DNA of 64,000 nt from a bacterium (lineage in GTDB: Bacteria; SZUA-182; DTGQ01; JAFGSM01). Positions 49,770 to 59,844 of this stretch are shown piece after piece. The position numbers and the translations under genes are program-made. Where the stretch lies: positions 1-64,000 of the forward strand of contig JBLIRN010000001.1 of the NCBI GenBank assembly GCA_049472315.1, given 5' to 3'. The notes beneath the pieces were generated by a model. It did no database searches, had not been told where the DNA came from, and saw nothing but the letters and a program-made list of their open reading frames with translations. Position 1 is the stretch's first letter. Each line of letters starts with the position of its first letter.

Positions 49770-50093
49770 CTACAGGAGATCCAGCGCCTGCCTGCCGGTC
49801 ATGCCGGTCCGAATCCCGCATCGTTGTGCGGCCTCGTTGACATCCTTGACGATCCCCTCCATCAGGTCGTCGATGGCGGCGATGGTCCCTCCGGTGCTCG
49901 ACCTTACCCTGGCAGCGGGGTAATCAAAACGGTCCAGGGCATGGACATCCACCATGCCGCATCCGACCATGCCGGTATCGGTTGCGACCAGGACAAGGTT
50001 GAAGGGGCCGAAGGGAATCACATAGCCCTCTGCATCTTTATGTGCCAGGGATATCCTGCGGTGCGTCATTGCTGCCTGTTCCTCCTGATCCAT
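49770..50093 (-). CDS. YunC-like (DUF1805) protein
   Basis: GMVGCG..DV.AL...AARV...IDDL...VNEAA...GI.TGMTGRQALDL. Confidence 0.7.
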   Translation of the reverse strand: MDQEEQAAMTHRRISLAHKDAEGYVIPFGPFNLVLVATDTGMVGCGMVDVHALDRFDYPAARVRSSTGGTIAAIDDLMEGIVKDVNEAAQRCGIRTGMTGRQALDLL

Positions 50094-50097
50094 GCGC

Positions 50098-50421
50098 TCA
50101 CCCCTTATCCGGTTGTTCATGTGCATCGAGCAGTGCGAGCCTGATATCGAACAGCTCATCGACCACGTTCCCCATATCCGCAAGCAGATTGCCGATGCTT
50201 CTATGCTCCACGCGTTCCAGATAGTCTCGTATCTCTGCATCACGACGCTCGAGTGCCTCGAAGATCCGTTTCGTCTCCTCATCGTGGCGCTGCCGCATCT
50301 CTTCGACCCTCTTATCAGCCTCCTCGAAAAGGTTGTTGATTTCGTCAAGGCGTTCTTTCATCCCCTTGATCTTTTTGTACATCTCGTCGAATTTCTCGTA
50401 CATTTCCTCCAGCTTGTCCAT
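50098..50421 (-). CDS. Hypothetical coiled-coil protein
   Basis: AGGAGG RBS; highly charged heptad-like sequence; packed co-directionally with its neighbours. Confidence 0.7.
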   Translation of the reverse strand: MDKLEEMYEKFDEMYKKIKGMKERLDEINNLFEEADKRVEEMRQRHDEETKRIFEALERRDAEIRDYLERVEHRSIGNLLADMGNVVDELFDIRLALLDAHEQPDKG

Positions 50422-50450
50422 ACATACCTCCTGCGGAGTTAAAGGAATGG

Positions 50451-51572
50451 TCAGCTCCCGTTAAGCAGTCCCTGTGGGCTCACCCGCTCCTTAATGCCTT
50501 CCGCGATGACCAGGTTTTTCCCGATGCGTTTCCCCTCCTTCAACACGGCCTCGTCACGGGTATGTATCCGCCTGCTGAAGGTTCGGGTAGTGGGGTAGCG
50601 AACGCGGCAGTAGGCTACCAGCAGCGGGTCCTCCCTCCGTATCAGGCCGGGCTTCGTTCGATGCGGACGTTTTAATCCCTTACGGGCTGAAAGGCGGGCG
50701 CGAAATCCCTCCAGGACGCCCACGGCAAAGTCAATGCTCCTTGCATGGTTCACACCCTGTTTTCTCGTATATTCCCTCCACCTGGCGTCAATGAAATGAC
50801 GGACGAAATCGTACACATAGGATGCCATGTGGGTGTTCTTCAACGTTCCGCTGATCTCGAGGGCCCGACCCATTTTCCCCTTTCCCAGCACATAGGCGGG
50901 CACCCAGATCCCATTGACGAAATAGAATTCCTGAAGGATGCGGGCAAGGAGATAATCCGCCCGGCTGTGACGGAGTGCGGGCTCCCCGACAAAGATGCTC
51001 ACGAAATGCCGCGCTCCGTCATGGAGCACATGCCCCAGGTTGTACCGCGCGATGAGCTCATGGGCCTTTGCAAGGGCCGCCTCAGCCTCGTGGGGGTTCC
51101 CGCTTTCGGCAAGGGCCAGGAGTTTTTTCACCTTCACCAGGAACCGGTCTTCCTCGCAGGCCATGGTGCTCAGGACACGCTCGCGCAACGGGGGGTAGTT
51201 CCCGGAGGCCTTCGGATTTGCCCTGAGCAGATGACATGCCTGTTGAAAGCACGGGCCGTGGGGAGGCTCGTTGAATGCGCCGAGCACCTCATCCGCATAT
51301 TGATGGGCCATTTCGTGGTGGAGCACCTCCCGGACCGAATCCCAGGGGTGGTGCAGCACCAGTTTCCTGCTCAGGGAGATCTCACGGCGTTCCCTTGACC
51401 AGTCCCCCCAGGCACCTTCCCTGTCGGTGAGGCTGAACAGGGGCATGCGTATATGATTCCGTTCATGAGGATCAAGAAAGGCGAGGGCGGTGTTCCATTC
51501 GCAGGCGATCCCATGGAGTATTCGTCGCTCCAATTCCCCCCGGATGAGTTTGTGCTGCATGCGTATTTCCAT
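50451..51572 (-). CDS. SprT-like metalloprotease domain + DUF2786-like domain protein
   Basis: HHEMAH zincin motif then PHGPCF; KVKKLLALAES.NPHEAEAAL.KA.ELIARYNL. Confidence 0.78.
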   Translation of the reverse strand: MEIRMQHKLIRGELERRILHGIACEWNTALAFLDPHERNHIRMPLFSLTDREGAWGDWSRERREISLSRKLVLHHPWDSVREVLHHEMAHQYADEVLGAFNEPPHGPCFQQACHLLRANPKASGNYPPLRERVLSTMACEEDRFLVKVKKLLALAESGNPHEAEAALAKAHELIARYNLGHVLHDGARHFVSIFVGEPALRHSRADYLLARILQEFYFVNGIWVPAYVLGKGKMGRALEISGTLKNTHMASYVYDFVRHFIDARWREYTRKQGVNHARSIDFAVGVLEGFRARLSARKGLKRPHRTKPGLIRREDPLLVAYCRVRYPTTRTFSRRIHTRDEAVLKEGKRIGKNLVIAEGIKERVSPQGLLNGS

Positions 51573-51758
51573 GGGAAATCGATTATACCAGAGTAATGCC
51601 CGCTGGTCTAACAGGGTGCCGCGGTGCAAGGGATTCTCGTTTTGGCATTGTGTCGTAGCAAACATGCCTGCTCATATACCCATCGTGGTGATTCAGAATA
51701 AGAACTGCCGCGGCGAATGGTGGTGCGGCATGACGGGTCCGTTGCGGGAACCAGGGTA

Positions 51759-52595
51759 TCAGATCTCGATGGTGAGCCCCTCGTAGGCTGCGGTGCATTG
51801 AATGGAGAGGTTGTGTTGTGCGAACCATGCGCGCACCCCATCCTGTATGGCATCGATCTCCTCATCGGTGCGGTCCGGATCGTGGTGGGTGAGCACCAGG
51901 TGTTTTACCTCCGCTTCGGCAGCCAACTGCCGCACCTGGCTTACCAGGCTGTGCCCCCATCCGTGTTTTTGCGGCATGTCCTTCTCGATGTACTGGGCGT
52001 CGTGGATGAGCAGGTCCGCATGTCTGCAGAAGTGCACGAACCCTTCGAATTCCGTGGTTTTTTTGTGGGGGGGATCGAGTTCGTTGTCGGTGAGGTAGAT
52101 AACGGAGTGACCGTTTTTTTCGATACGGTAGCCATAGCCGCCGCCCGGGTGGTTGGTGGCGATGCGTGAAACCCTGAAGCCATAGTGATCGAGGAACGTG
52201 GAAACATCCTCGTTGATGCACTGATGCACGGACGGCAGGCTCTGCGGCTCCACCGGGAAGTGTGCGCCGTCCATCTGGTTGATAAGCGAGCATATCATGC
52301 TCTTTCCCTCTTCGTTCGACAGGATGTTTACGATTCGGTTTGTTTCGTAGATGGGCCAAAAGAAGGGGAATCCCTGGATATGGTCCCAGTGCCTGTGCGA
52401 CAAGAGGAGGAAGATCTCCTCACTGCCCCCGGCGAGTGCCTTTCCCAGCTCTCGGATGCCGGTCCCCGCATCCAGGACCAAAATTTTATCGGAGGCGGTG
52501 TGGATGCTCACACAGGAGGTATTCCCCCCGTACCGGATGGTATTCCTGCTCGGGCTGGGAATCGAACCCCTCACTCCCCAGAATGTCACTTTCAT
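51759..52595 (-). CDS. MBL-fold metallo-hydrolase (RNase Z/phosphodiesterase-like)
   Basis: FWGVRGSIP, GGNTSCV, DAGTG, SHRHWDHIQG, TDNE, HDAQY, GHS, HHDP. Confidence 0.85.
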   Translation of the reverse strand: MKVTFWGVRGSIPSPSRNTIRYGGNTSCVSIHTASDKILVLDAGTGIRELGKALAGGSEEIFLLLSHRHWDHIQGFPFFWPIYETNRIVNILSNEEGKSMICSLINQMDGAHFPVEPQSLPSVHQCINEDVSTFLDHYGFRVSRIATNHPGGGYGYRIEKNGHSVIYLTDNELDPPHKKTTEFEGFVHFCRHADLLIHDAQYIEKDMPQKHGWGHSLVSQVRQLAAEAEVKHLVLTHHDPDRTDEEIDAIQDGVRAWFAQHNLSIQCTAAYEGLTIEI

Positions 52596-52811
52596 CAGCG
52601 GATGCATGGTACCCCGCACAAAGAAGTAAAAAAATATACAATACTACTATATGTTATCGGCTGAGACGAGCGAGAAGTTTAGGAAACCCTGCAGGGTGCG
52701 CATGGAGCGTTCCAAAAACCGCACAGGAAAACGTCACAAGCACCGCAATTATACGCGGCAGTGCCCTGTTTTTCAATGAAATCGAAAAATCCTTCCCATC
52801 GCGTGGAGCAG

Positions 52812-53828
52812 CTATGTCTGCTCATGCGTTTGCCGAAACGGTTCGCCATGGGAATTGCTGCCGTTGGTACAGCCCGGCATCCGGACATCACCCGGGGATA
52901 GTTCCCGCCTCACGGCGCAGGGTGCTGTTTCCTCCTCACAGGCGGACTGTATGGTCGACTCAGTGATACGGTAGGTTCGGGCAAGATATCGGATTGCCTC
53001 CCCGACAAGCTCCTTGTGGCGCTGGTAGGGTATATGGTCGGAAAACCGGAAGTGTGAGGTGTACACGAGGATATCGGTGGAGATCGTCCACAGGTGGGCG
53101 CTGTGGATCTCGGTGATCTCCGGGAACCGTTTCATGAGATCCGCGTTAATGAGGTCGACATCCAGGCCCGGGGGAGCCATTTCCAGGAGCACACGGGTGG
53201 ATTCCTTTAATATCCCCCATGCCCAGAAGAGGATGAGGAGGGATATGCCCACGCTGACGAGGGGATCGATGATGTACCACCCGGTATAGACGATGGCGAA
53301 GCCTGCCAGAATGATCACCACCGAGGAGGCGAGATCGGCGATGATATGATAAAAGACGCTCCGTATGTTGAGATCGGTTTTATGGCTTTCCCCCAGTATG
53401 AAGATGCTCGCCACATTCACCCCCAGGCCTATCAGCGCGATCACCATCATTTCCAGGGTATGGATCTCCCTTGGGGACATGATGCGGATGACCGCCTTGT
53501 ACAGGATTATCCCCACCACGAGCACCAGGAACAATCCGTTCACGAATGCAGCCAGGATCTCGGCCCGGAACAGGCCGAAGGTTCTCTTCTCACACGGAGG
53601 TTTTCGTGCGATGAGGATTGCGGCGAGGCTCAAACCGATTGCAATGGTATGGGTCAGCATATGCCCTGCGTCACTCGTCAGGGCAATGCTGTGGGTAAGA
53701 TATCCCCCGACTGCCTCCACGACCATCACCGTGGAGGTGATGAGGAGTGCGAGGAGAAGCCTTTTCCCCTCCACCGAGCGGTATTCGAAGAGCACCTCGG
53801 CGGAAGGCTGGTGATTCGGGTGTTTCAT
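52812..53828 (-). CDS. Cation diffusion facilitator (CzcD/ZitB-like Zn/Co/Cd exporter)
   Basis: SDAGHM, RTFG..RAEILAA, LNIRSVFYHIIAD, HLW; AGGAGG RBS. Confidence 0.9.
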   Translation of the reverse strand: MKHPNHQPSAEVLFEYRSVEGKRLLLALLITSTVMVVEAVGGYLTHSIALTSDAGHMLTHTIAIGLSLAAILIARKPPCEKRTFGLFRAEILAAFVNGLFLVLVVGIILYKAVIRIMSPREIHTLEMMVIALIGLGVNVASIFILGESHKTDLNIRSVFYHIIADLASSVVIILAGFAIVYTGWYIIDPLVSVGISLLILFWAWGILKESTRVLLEMAPPGLDVDLINADLMKRFPEITEIHSAHLWTISTDILVYTSHFRFSDHIPYQRHKELVGEAIRYLARTYRITESTIQSACEEETAPCAVRRELSPGDVRMPGCTNGSNSHGEPFRQTHEQT

Positions 53829-54031
53829 GCACAGACCTCCTGTCGGAAGGGACTGGGAATGTCGGCTCGATATACTTTCCGATCGAGAGATCACGGCACC
53901 ACGAAAGGCGATTCCATACCGGCGCCTACAAACTGGCCTATGCACTATGCTATACTAAAATAGAGTATAAAAACAATCCCTATCCCCACCGCACCTTGGT
54001 GGTTCTCAGATGCACGAATGGGAGAGAATGT

Positions 54032-56365
54032 GTGAGTCGTAAACAATACATTCCGTTCATCATTGCGGTGGCTGCAGCGCTCGTGTTCCACGCCGGAATA
54101 TGCTATGCCTCCCATTTCCGGCCCACCGGAGCCTTCTCGGGGAGCCCCGCGTTCGAGAGCAAGTCACTCACCGTGCCTGCATGGCAATATCCGGAAACAG
54201 GGGAGGGCGATATCCTGGTCGACAATTTCGAATACTGGGACAGCCCTTGCAACCACGGGTGGAGACAGTACGAGCCCCCCTATCCCCTGTACGGATTCGG
54301 CATGGGATATGCCGTTCTCTTCGGAACAGTCCTGGATATGCGGGAAGGAAGCAGGGTGCTGGACGTGTACCGGCCTCCCTCGATATTTCTCTTAGGGAGG
54401 GAGTACGAACGGCACCGCATCTCGATCGAGCTCGCCACCCCTCCTTCCCCGGAACGGCATGAAGGCAGGGGATACATCGACCTCTCCGTACTTCCCGTCC
54501 TGAGCTTCAAGTTTCTGACGCCGCTGGCCCTTGACGCCTGGGAGATGTTTCAGTGCGACGTGCTGTGCAGGACCGAAAAGGGGCACCGGGTGACCGTTTC
54601 CATGAAGCCCGTCCAGGCCGCTGCGTACAGTTGTTCGCAGTGCGATTACTTTCCCACCGTGGTCGGGTTTTCGGACACCGCATCCCCTCCCTCCCTGTCC
54701 GTTCGAATCTCCCTGGGCCGTAATTTCACCGATGGCACCTGGCATGTCCTTTGGGTCAATCTCCCCGAGATGGTAAGGAATGCGGTGAACGAATACAACA
54801 GGATCCCCGGGGAACGGAAGGGAGACTGGCGGATCGTGCGGGCGGACACCCTCATCTTCTGCGGGCATAGATACCGCCTGGACAATATCATCTTCAGGAC
54901 GCAGGATTATTCACTCTATTCACAGAGGTATGCGGTGGATGTGATTGAGATCGGGCCCCTGTACGCCCAGCTCTTCGAGCCCTATCGGTTCCTCCTGTTC
55001 GCCAGCTACCGCGCCGATCACAGCATCAGGAACATCGATAATTTTCTCCTCGACCAGAACAACTTCATCTGCGATCCCAACTGCATCAGGGACACCTGGG
55101 AGGCCGATCTCCTGGCCCTCGATCCCGGCTACCATGCGATCGATGCCAGCAGCCTCCTGTACGATCCCGATTACACCCGCCGGTGGATGCCGGGGGATCC
55201 CAACTTCGGGATACCCGATCCGGTTGCGGAGCATTACCTGGGCAAGGGATTTTTCATCGACGCCACCCTGCCCCTTTTCGCCGACCAGCGGCTCAGGATC
55301 GCCGGGGACAGGAATGGGGAGCTTCACACACACGGGAGGCTCGGATGGAATTCCTCCATAGGCGGCTTTGGGGCAAGCGGTATCGACGCATTCCTCATTC
55401 GCCCCCTCCCCATCGATCCCTATGACGGCATGCCCACGTATATCGTGGACCGGTTCCTGACCATGCAGGCCATCGATACTTACGGCAGGGGCCACTTCGG
55501 GCCCGCACTCACCCATGCCCTGGAATCCGCCCTGTGGAACGCGGGGATGGAAGAGTGGCCCCATATCGCCTGCTTCGACTACGCCCCCCAGTACTTCGAG
55601 GACCTGATCGTGGCAGTGGAGGTGAGCAACAAGAACAAGGTGGAGAAGCTGGTGTTTCCCGTTTCCGTAGTGAATTACCCGGTCGAGAATTACCCCCCCG
55701 AGGTACAGGCGAGGATCTTTCCCCGGGTGTTCGATGTGGGGAAGGAAACCGAGTGCATCATCCTGTCGGTTGATCCGGATTGCTTCATATTCTCCCTCGC
55801 CCATCTCCTGGGAAGAACCCCTGCCACCACGCACCTTCCCATGCTCCCGGGGAACCGGATCAGGGACGATCAGGACAACCTCTACTACGAGATCTTTATC
55901 GAGGGATCGCACGCCTACCGGTACGGCCCCTGGATCGAGTGCGATGCCGACCCCTTCAGCGGCGTAGCCAGGCTGACCCCCAAATTCGAGGGGAACCTGC
56001 GGGTCATCACCATCTGCCGCGACCAGTTCGGCGGCTTCGACCAGGCGGCCCGCACCATCGTCTGCGTGAATCCGGGTACCTGGTATAACCATCCTCCGGT
56101 CATCACCGCACTCCCCAACCCCAGGATCATCAGGGCTGGTGAGGAGGTCGTGTTCAACGCCCGGGCCGAGGACCCGGACGGGGATGAGGTCTATGTCACC
56201 TGCAATATCGGATCGGTGGGGCAGGTGTCAAACGGGGACACCGTATGGACGTTCCAGACCAATTTCCCCGGCACCTACATGGTGGAGATCCTCTTTTTCG
56301 ATATCCGGGGCGGGTATGCCTCTGCCACCACAACCATTGAGGTAATCCCCTGGTGGTCCTTCTGA
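54032..56365 (+). CDS. Large exported hypothetical protein with Ig/cadherin-like C-terminal modules
   Basis: Signal peptide (GTG 54032, ...ICYA), NYPP/NHPP...DPDGD motifs, ends PWWSF. Confidence 0.72.
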   Translation: MSRKQYIPFIIAVAAALVFHAGICYASHFRPTGAFSGSPAFESKSLTVPAWQYPETGEGDILVDNFEYWDSPCNHGWRQYEPPYPLYGFGMGYAVLFGTVLDMREGSRVLDVYRPPSIFLLGREYERHRISIELATPPSPERHEGRGYIDLSVLPVLSFKFLTPLALDAWEMFQCDVLCRTEKGHRVTVSMKPVQAAAYSCSQCDYFPTVVGFSDTASPPSLSVRISLGRNFTDGTWHVLWVNLPEMVRNAVNEYNRIPGERKGDWRIVRADTLIFCGHRYRLDNIIFRTQDYSLYSQRYAVDVIEIGPLYAQLFEPYRFLLFASYRADHSIRNIDNFLLDQNNFICDPNCIRDTWEADLLALDPGYHAIDASSLLYDPDYTRRWMPGDPNFGIPDPVAEHYLGKGFFIDATLPLFADQRLRIAGDRNGELHTHGRLGWNSSIGGFGASGIDAFLIRPLPIDPYDGMPTYIVDRFLTMQAIDTYGRGHFGPALTHALESALWNAGMEEWPHIACFDYAPQYFEDLIVAVEVSNKNKVEKLVFPVSVVNYPVENYPPEVQARIFPRVFDVGKETECIILSVDPDCFIFSLAHLLGRTPATTHLPMLPGNRIRDDQDNLYYEIFIEGSHAYRYGPWIECDADPFSGVARLTPKFEGNLRVITICRDQFGGFDQAARTIVCVNPGTWYNHPPVITALPNPRIIRAGEEVVFNARAEDPDGDEVYVTCNIGSVGQVSNGDTVWTFQTNFPGTYMVEILFFDIRGGYASATTTIEVIPWWSF

Positions 56366-56548
56366 TCGGTATCCGTGATGCTCTTTTTTTCGATTGAGGC
56401 AACCCCCGATTGTGATGGTGTGGCAAAAGGTCATTTTACATACTGGAATCGCCTCGTTCTATTGTAGACCGACATGAATTACACTATAATCTGGGTGAGC
56501 CTGCTAACCGTGAACGCATCCCTCGCCGCTTGATCGAGGGGAGAAAGG

Positions 56549-56800
56549 ATGCCTATGATTGCCAGAATCTACATCACCCTGAAGCCCGGGGTCCTTGACC
56601 CCCAGGGGAAGACCATTCATCACGCACTCGGTTCCCTGGGATATGATGAGGTGGAGGGGGTGCGGCTCGGAAAATATGTGGTCATGCACCTGAAGGACGA
56701 AAATCCCGGCCAGGCGCGCAAGAGGATAGAGGAGATGTGCCGGAAGCTCCTGGCCAATCCGGTGATCGAGGAATACCGCTTCGAGATCGAGGGGGCCTGA
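56549..56800 (+). CDS. purS: FGAM synthase subunit PurS
   Basis: [18 protein letters not shown]. Confidence 0.96.
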   Translation: MPMIARIYITLKPGVLDPQGKTIHHALGSLGYDEVEGVRLGKYVVMHLKDENPGQARKRIEEMCRKLLANPVIEEYRFEIEGA

Positions 56801-56802
56801 GG

Positions 56803-57504
56803 ATGCGGTGCGGGGTGGTGGTGTTCCCTGGATCAAACTGCGATCATGACTGCTACCATGTGCTGAAGCATGTCATGGGTCTGGACACGGGGTACATCTG
56901 GCACAAGGAGCGGGACCTCACGGGATACGACCTCGTGCTGCTGCCCGGGGGGTTCTCCTATGGGGATTACCTGAGGGCGGGGGCCATCGCCCGTTTCTCC
57001 CCCATCATGAACGAGGTTATAGCCTTTGCCAAGCGAGGGGGGCTCGTGCTGGGGATCTGCAACGGCTTCCAGGTGCTCCTGGAATCCGGGCTGCTCCCCG
57101 GCGCCATGCAGATGAACCGCGGGCTCAGGTTCATCTGCAGGTACGTGCACATCAGGGTGGAGAATGCCACCCTTCCCTATACCCGGGTGTCCGCACAGGG
57201 ACAGGTGCTCCGGATACCCATCGCCCACCAGGAGGGCTGCTACTATAACGACCGGAAGGCCATCGCCCAGATGGAGAAACGCGGTCAGGTGGTGTTCCGG
57301 TACTGCGCGCCCGACGGCTCTTTGGGCGACGAGGTCAATCCCAACGGTTCGGTGGGAAACATCGCGGGGATCTGCAACAGGCAGGGGAACGTGCTCGGCA
57401 TGATGCCCCATCCCGAGCGGTGTGCCGAGGCAGTGCTGGGCTCCCAGGACGGTATGCTGATCTTTTCCTCCCTCATCGGGAAGGGACTGGAGGTGGCGCG
57501 ATGA
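56803..57504 (+). CDS. purQ: FGAM synthase subunit PurQ
   Basis: [30 protein letters not shown]. Confidence 0.97.
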   Translation: MRCGVVVFPGSNCDHDCYHVLKHVMGLDTGYIWHKERDLTGYDLVLLPGGFSYGDYLRAGAIARFSPIMNEVIAFAKRGGLVLGICNGFQVLLESGLLPGAMQMNRGLRFICRYVHIRVENATLPYTRVSAQGQVLRIPIAHQEGCYYNDRKAIAQMEKRGQVVFRYCAPDGSLGDEVNPNGSVGNIAGICNRQGNVLGMMPHPERCAEAVLGSQDGMLIFSSLIGKGLEVAR

Positions 57505-59714
57505 GTCCCACCGATATTCCCATCACCCTTGAATTGATCAGCCAGCACGGCCTGAGCCCCGACGAGTACGAGCGGATACGCTCCCTGCTGGGCAGGGAGC
57601 CCAGCTATACGGAGCTCGGCATCTTTTCCGTGATGTGGTCGGAGCACTGCAGCTATAAGAGCTCACGCGCCATCCTGAAGAAATTCCCCACTGAGGGTCC
57701 CCAGGTCATCCAGGGTCCCGGGGAGAATGCGGGGGTGGTCGCCATTGACGACGACCTCGCCATGATATTCAAGATCGAGAGCCACAACCATCCCTCCTTC
57801 ATCGAGCCCTACCAGGGGGCGGCCACCGGTGTGGGCGGCATCATCCGGGACATCTTCACCATGGGGGCGCGGCCTGTTGCCTGCCTCAATTCCCTGCGTT
57901 TCGGCCCCCTGGACCACCCCAAGAACCGCTACCTCATGACCCGGGTGGTCGCAGGCATTGCCGGATACGGGAACTGCATGGGCATCCCCACCGTGGGGGG
58001 GGAGGTGTGCTTTGAGGGGTGTTATTCCCAGAATCCCCTGGTGAATGCCTTCTGCCTGGGGATCGCGCGGAGGGAGCGCATCTTCTACGCACGGGCGAGC
58101 GGGGAGGGGAACCCGGTCATCTATGTGGGCTCCAGCACCGGCAGGGACGGCATCCACGGTGCCACCATGGCCTCGGAGGAATTCAACGAGCAATCGGAGG
58201 AGCGCAGGCCCACCGTCCAGGTGGGAGACCCCTTCACCGAGAAGCTCCTGCTTGAGGCATGCCTTGAGCTGATGAAGACCGATCACCTGGTCGGCATCCA
58301 GGACATGGGCGCCGCAGGGCTCACCTGCTCCAATTGCGAGATGGCGAGCAGGGGAGGGGCGGGGGTGGAGATCGACCTCGACCTGGTGCCCGCCAGGGAG
58401 GCGGGCATGACCCCGTACGAGATCATGCTCTCGGAGTCCCAGGAGCGGATGCTCCTGGTGGCCAAGGAGGGAAGGGAGCAGGAGGTGGAGGCGATATGCG
58501 CCAAGTGGGACCTGCACGGGGTCACCATCGGCAGGGTCACCGGAGACGGCAGGATGCGGGTGAGAAAAGGCGGGGGTATTGTGGCGGACATCCCTGCGCG
58601 GGCATTGAGCGAGGAATCGCCGGTGTACCAGCGGCCTCGAAAGATGCCTGCATATCTGGAGGAGGCCCAGGCCTGGAAGCCTGAGGACCTGGCCGAGCCC
58701 AATGATTACACAAAGGCGCTGGAAGGGCTCCTGGGATCGCCGGCGCTCGGGTCGAAGGCATGGGTGTACGACCAGTACGATCACATGGTCCGCATCAACA
58801 CCATACTCCTCCCCGGCGGGGATGCGTCCGTACTGAGGGTCATGGGCACCTCCAAGGGGATCGGAATGACCCTGGACGGGAACGGGAGATACTGCCACCT
58901 GGATCCCAGGATGGGGGGAATGCTTGCCGTTGCCGAGGCCGCGCGGAACCTGGTATGCACCGGCACGAGGCCCCTTGCCATCACCAATTGCCTCAATTTC
59001 GGGGACCCGGAGAATCCCGTGGTCATGTGGCAGTTCGATCAGGCGGTGGAGGGGATTGCAGAGGCCTGCAGGTATCTCAAGACCCCGGTCACCGGCGGCA
59101 ATGTCAGCTTCTACAACCAGACCCTGGGGGAACCGATCTTTCCCACCCCGGTCATCGGCATGGTGGGGGTGCTCCAGGATGTCCGGACGCTTACCACCCC
59201 CTGGTTCAAACGTGAAGGGGACCTGGTCTGTCTTATCGGGGAGCCGGGCGCCCATCTCGGGGGGAGCGAGTATCTCAAGGCCTTACATGGCCTTATCCTG
59301 GGGGCTCCTCCGCAGGTGGACCTCCCCTTTGAGATGAAGGTGCAGGCCGCATGCCTGCGGGGGATCGAACTGGGCATTGTCAAGTCCGCCCACGATTGCT
59401 CGGAGGGCGGCCTTGCAGTGGCGCTCGCCGAGGCCTGCTTCTCGCCGGACGGGCCGGTCGGGTGCGAGGTTACCTTGAATAACATAGAGCGGGCGGATGC
59501 CCTCCTTTTCGGGGAGACCCCTTCCCGGATCATCATCAGCCTCGATGAGCGGAGGATGCCTGAATGGGACCGGCTGGCCACCAAGATCGCGGTTCCCTGG
59601 CAGGTGATCGGACGGGTCGGCGGCGATCACCTCACCATCGGCCCCTGGATCAAGGCACCGGTGCGGAGACTCAAGTCCCTGTGGGATCAGGCCCTTGCCG
59701 GGAAACTGGGATAG
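57501..59714 (+). CDS. purL: FGAM synthase subunit PurL
   Basis: [38 protein letters not shown]. Confidence 0.97.
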   Translation: MSPTDIPITLELISQHGLSPDEYERIRSLLGREPSYTELGIFSVMWSEHCSYKSSRAILKKFPTEGPQVIQGPGENAGVVAIDDDLAMIFKIESHNHPSFIEPYQGAATGVGGIIRDIFTMGARPVACLNSLRFGPLDHPKNRYLMTRVVAGIAGYGNCMGIPTVGGEVCFEGCYSQNPLVNAFCLGIARRERIFYARASGEGNPVIYVGSSTGRDGIHGATMASEEFNEQSEERRPTVQVGDPFTEKLLLEACLELMKTDHLVGIQDMGAAGLTCSNCEMASRGGAGVEIDLDLVPAREAGMTPYEIMLSESQERMLLVAKEGREQEVEAICAKWDLHGVTIGRVTGDGRMRVRKGGGIVADIPARALSEESPVYQRPRKMPAYLEEAQAWKPEDLAEPNDYTKALEGLLGSPALGSKAWVYDQYDHMVRINTILLPGGDASVLRVMGTSKGIGMTLDGNGRYCHLDPRMGGMLAVAEAARNLVCTGTRPLAITNCLNFGDPENPVVMWQFDQAVEGIAEACRYLKTPVTGGNVSFYNQTLGEPIFPTPVIGMVGVLQDVRTLTTPWFKREGDLVCLIGEPGAHLGGSEYLKALHGLILGAPPQVDLPFEMKVQAACLRGIELGIVKSAHDCSEGGLAVALAEACFSPDGPVGCEVTLNNIERADALLFGETPSRIIISLDERRMPEWDRLATKIAVPWQVIGRVGGDHLTIGPWIKAPVRRLKSLWDQALAGKLG

Positions 59715-59844
59715 ACCGCGCTCCGATGCGGCCCGGAGGGAATGGCGCGGGATTTTCGGATGTGCACATCATGAAGGATTCCTGGTCCCTTAGCGCTGGA
59801 ATAATACATTGGAATATCGTAAAAGAATGAACGGGGAAAATCGG

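Noticed and set aside
57663..59255. 530-aa antisense ORF over purL
   Set aside because: Shadow ORF caused by codon bias.
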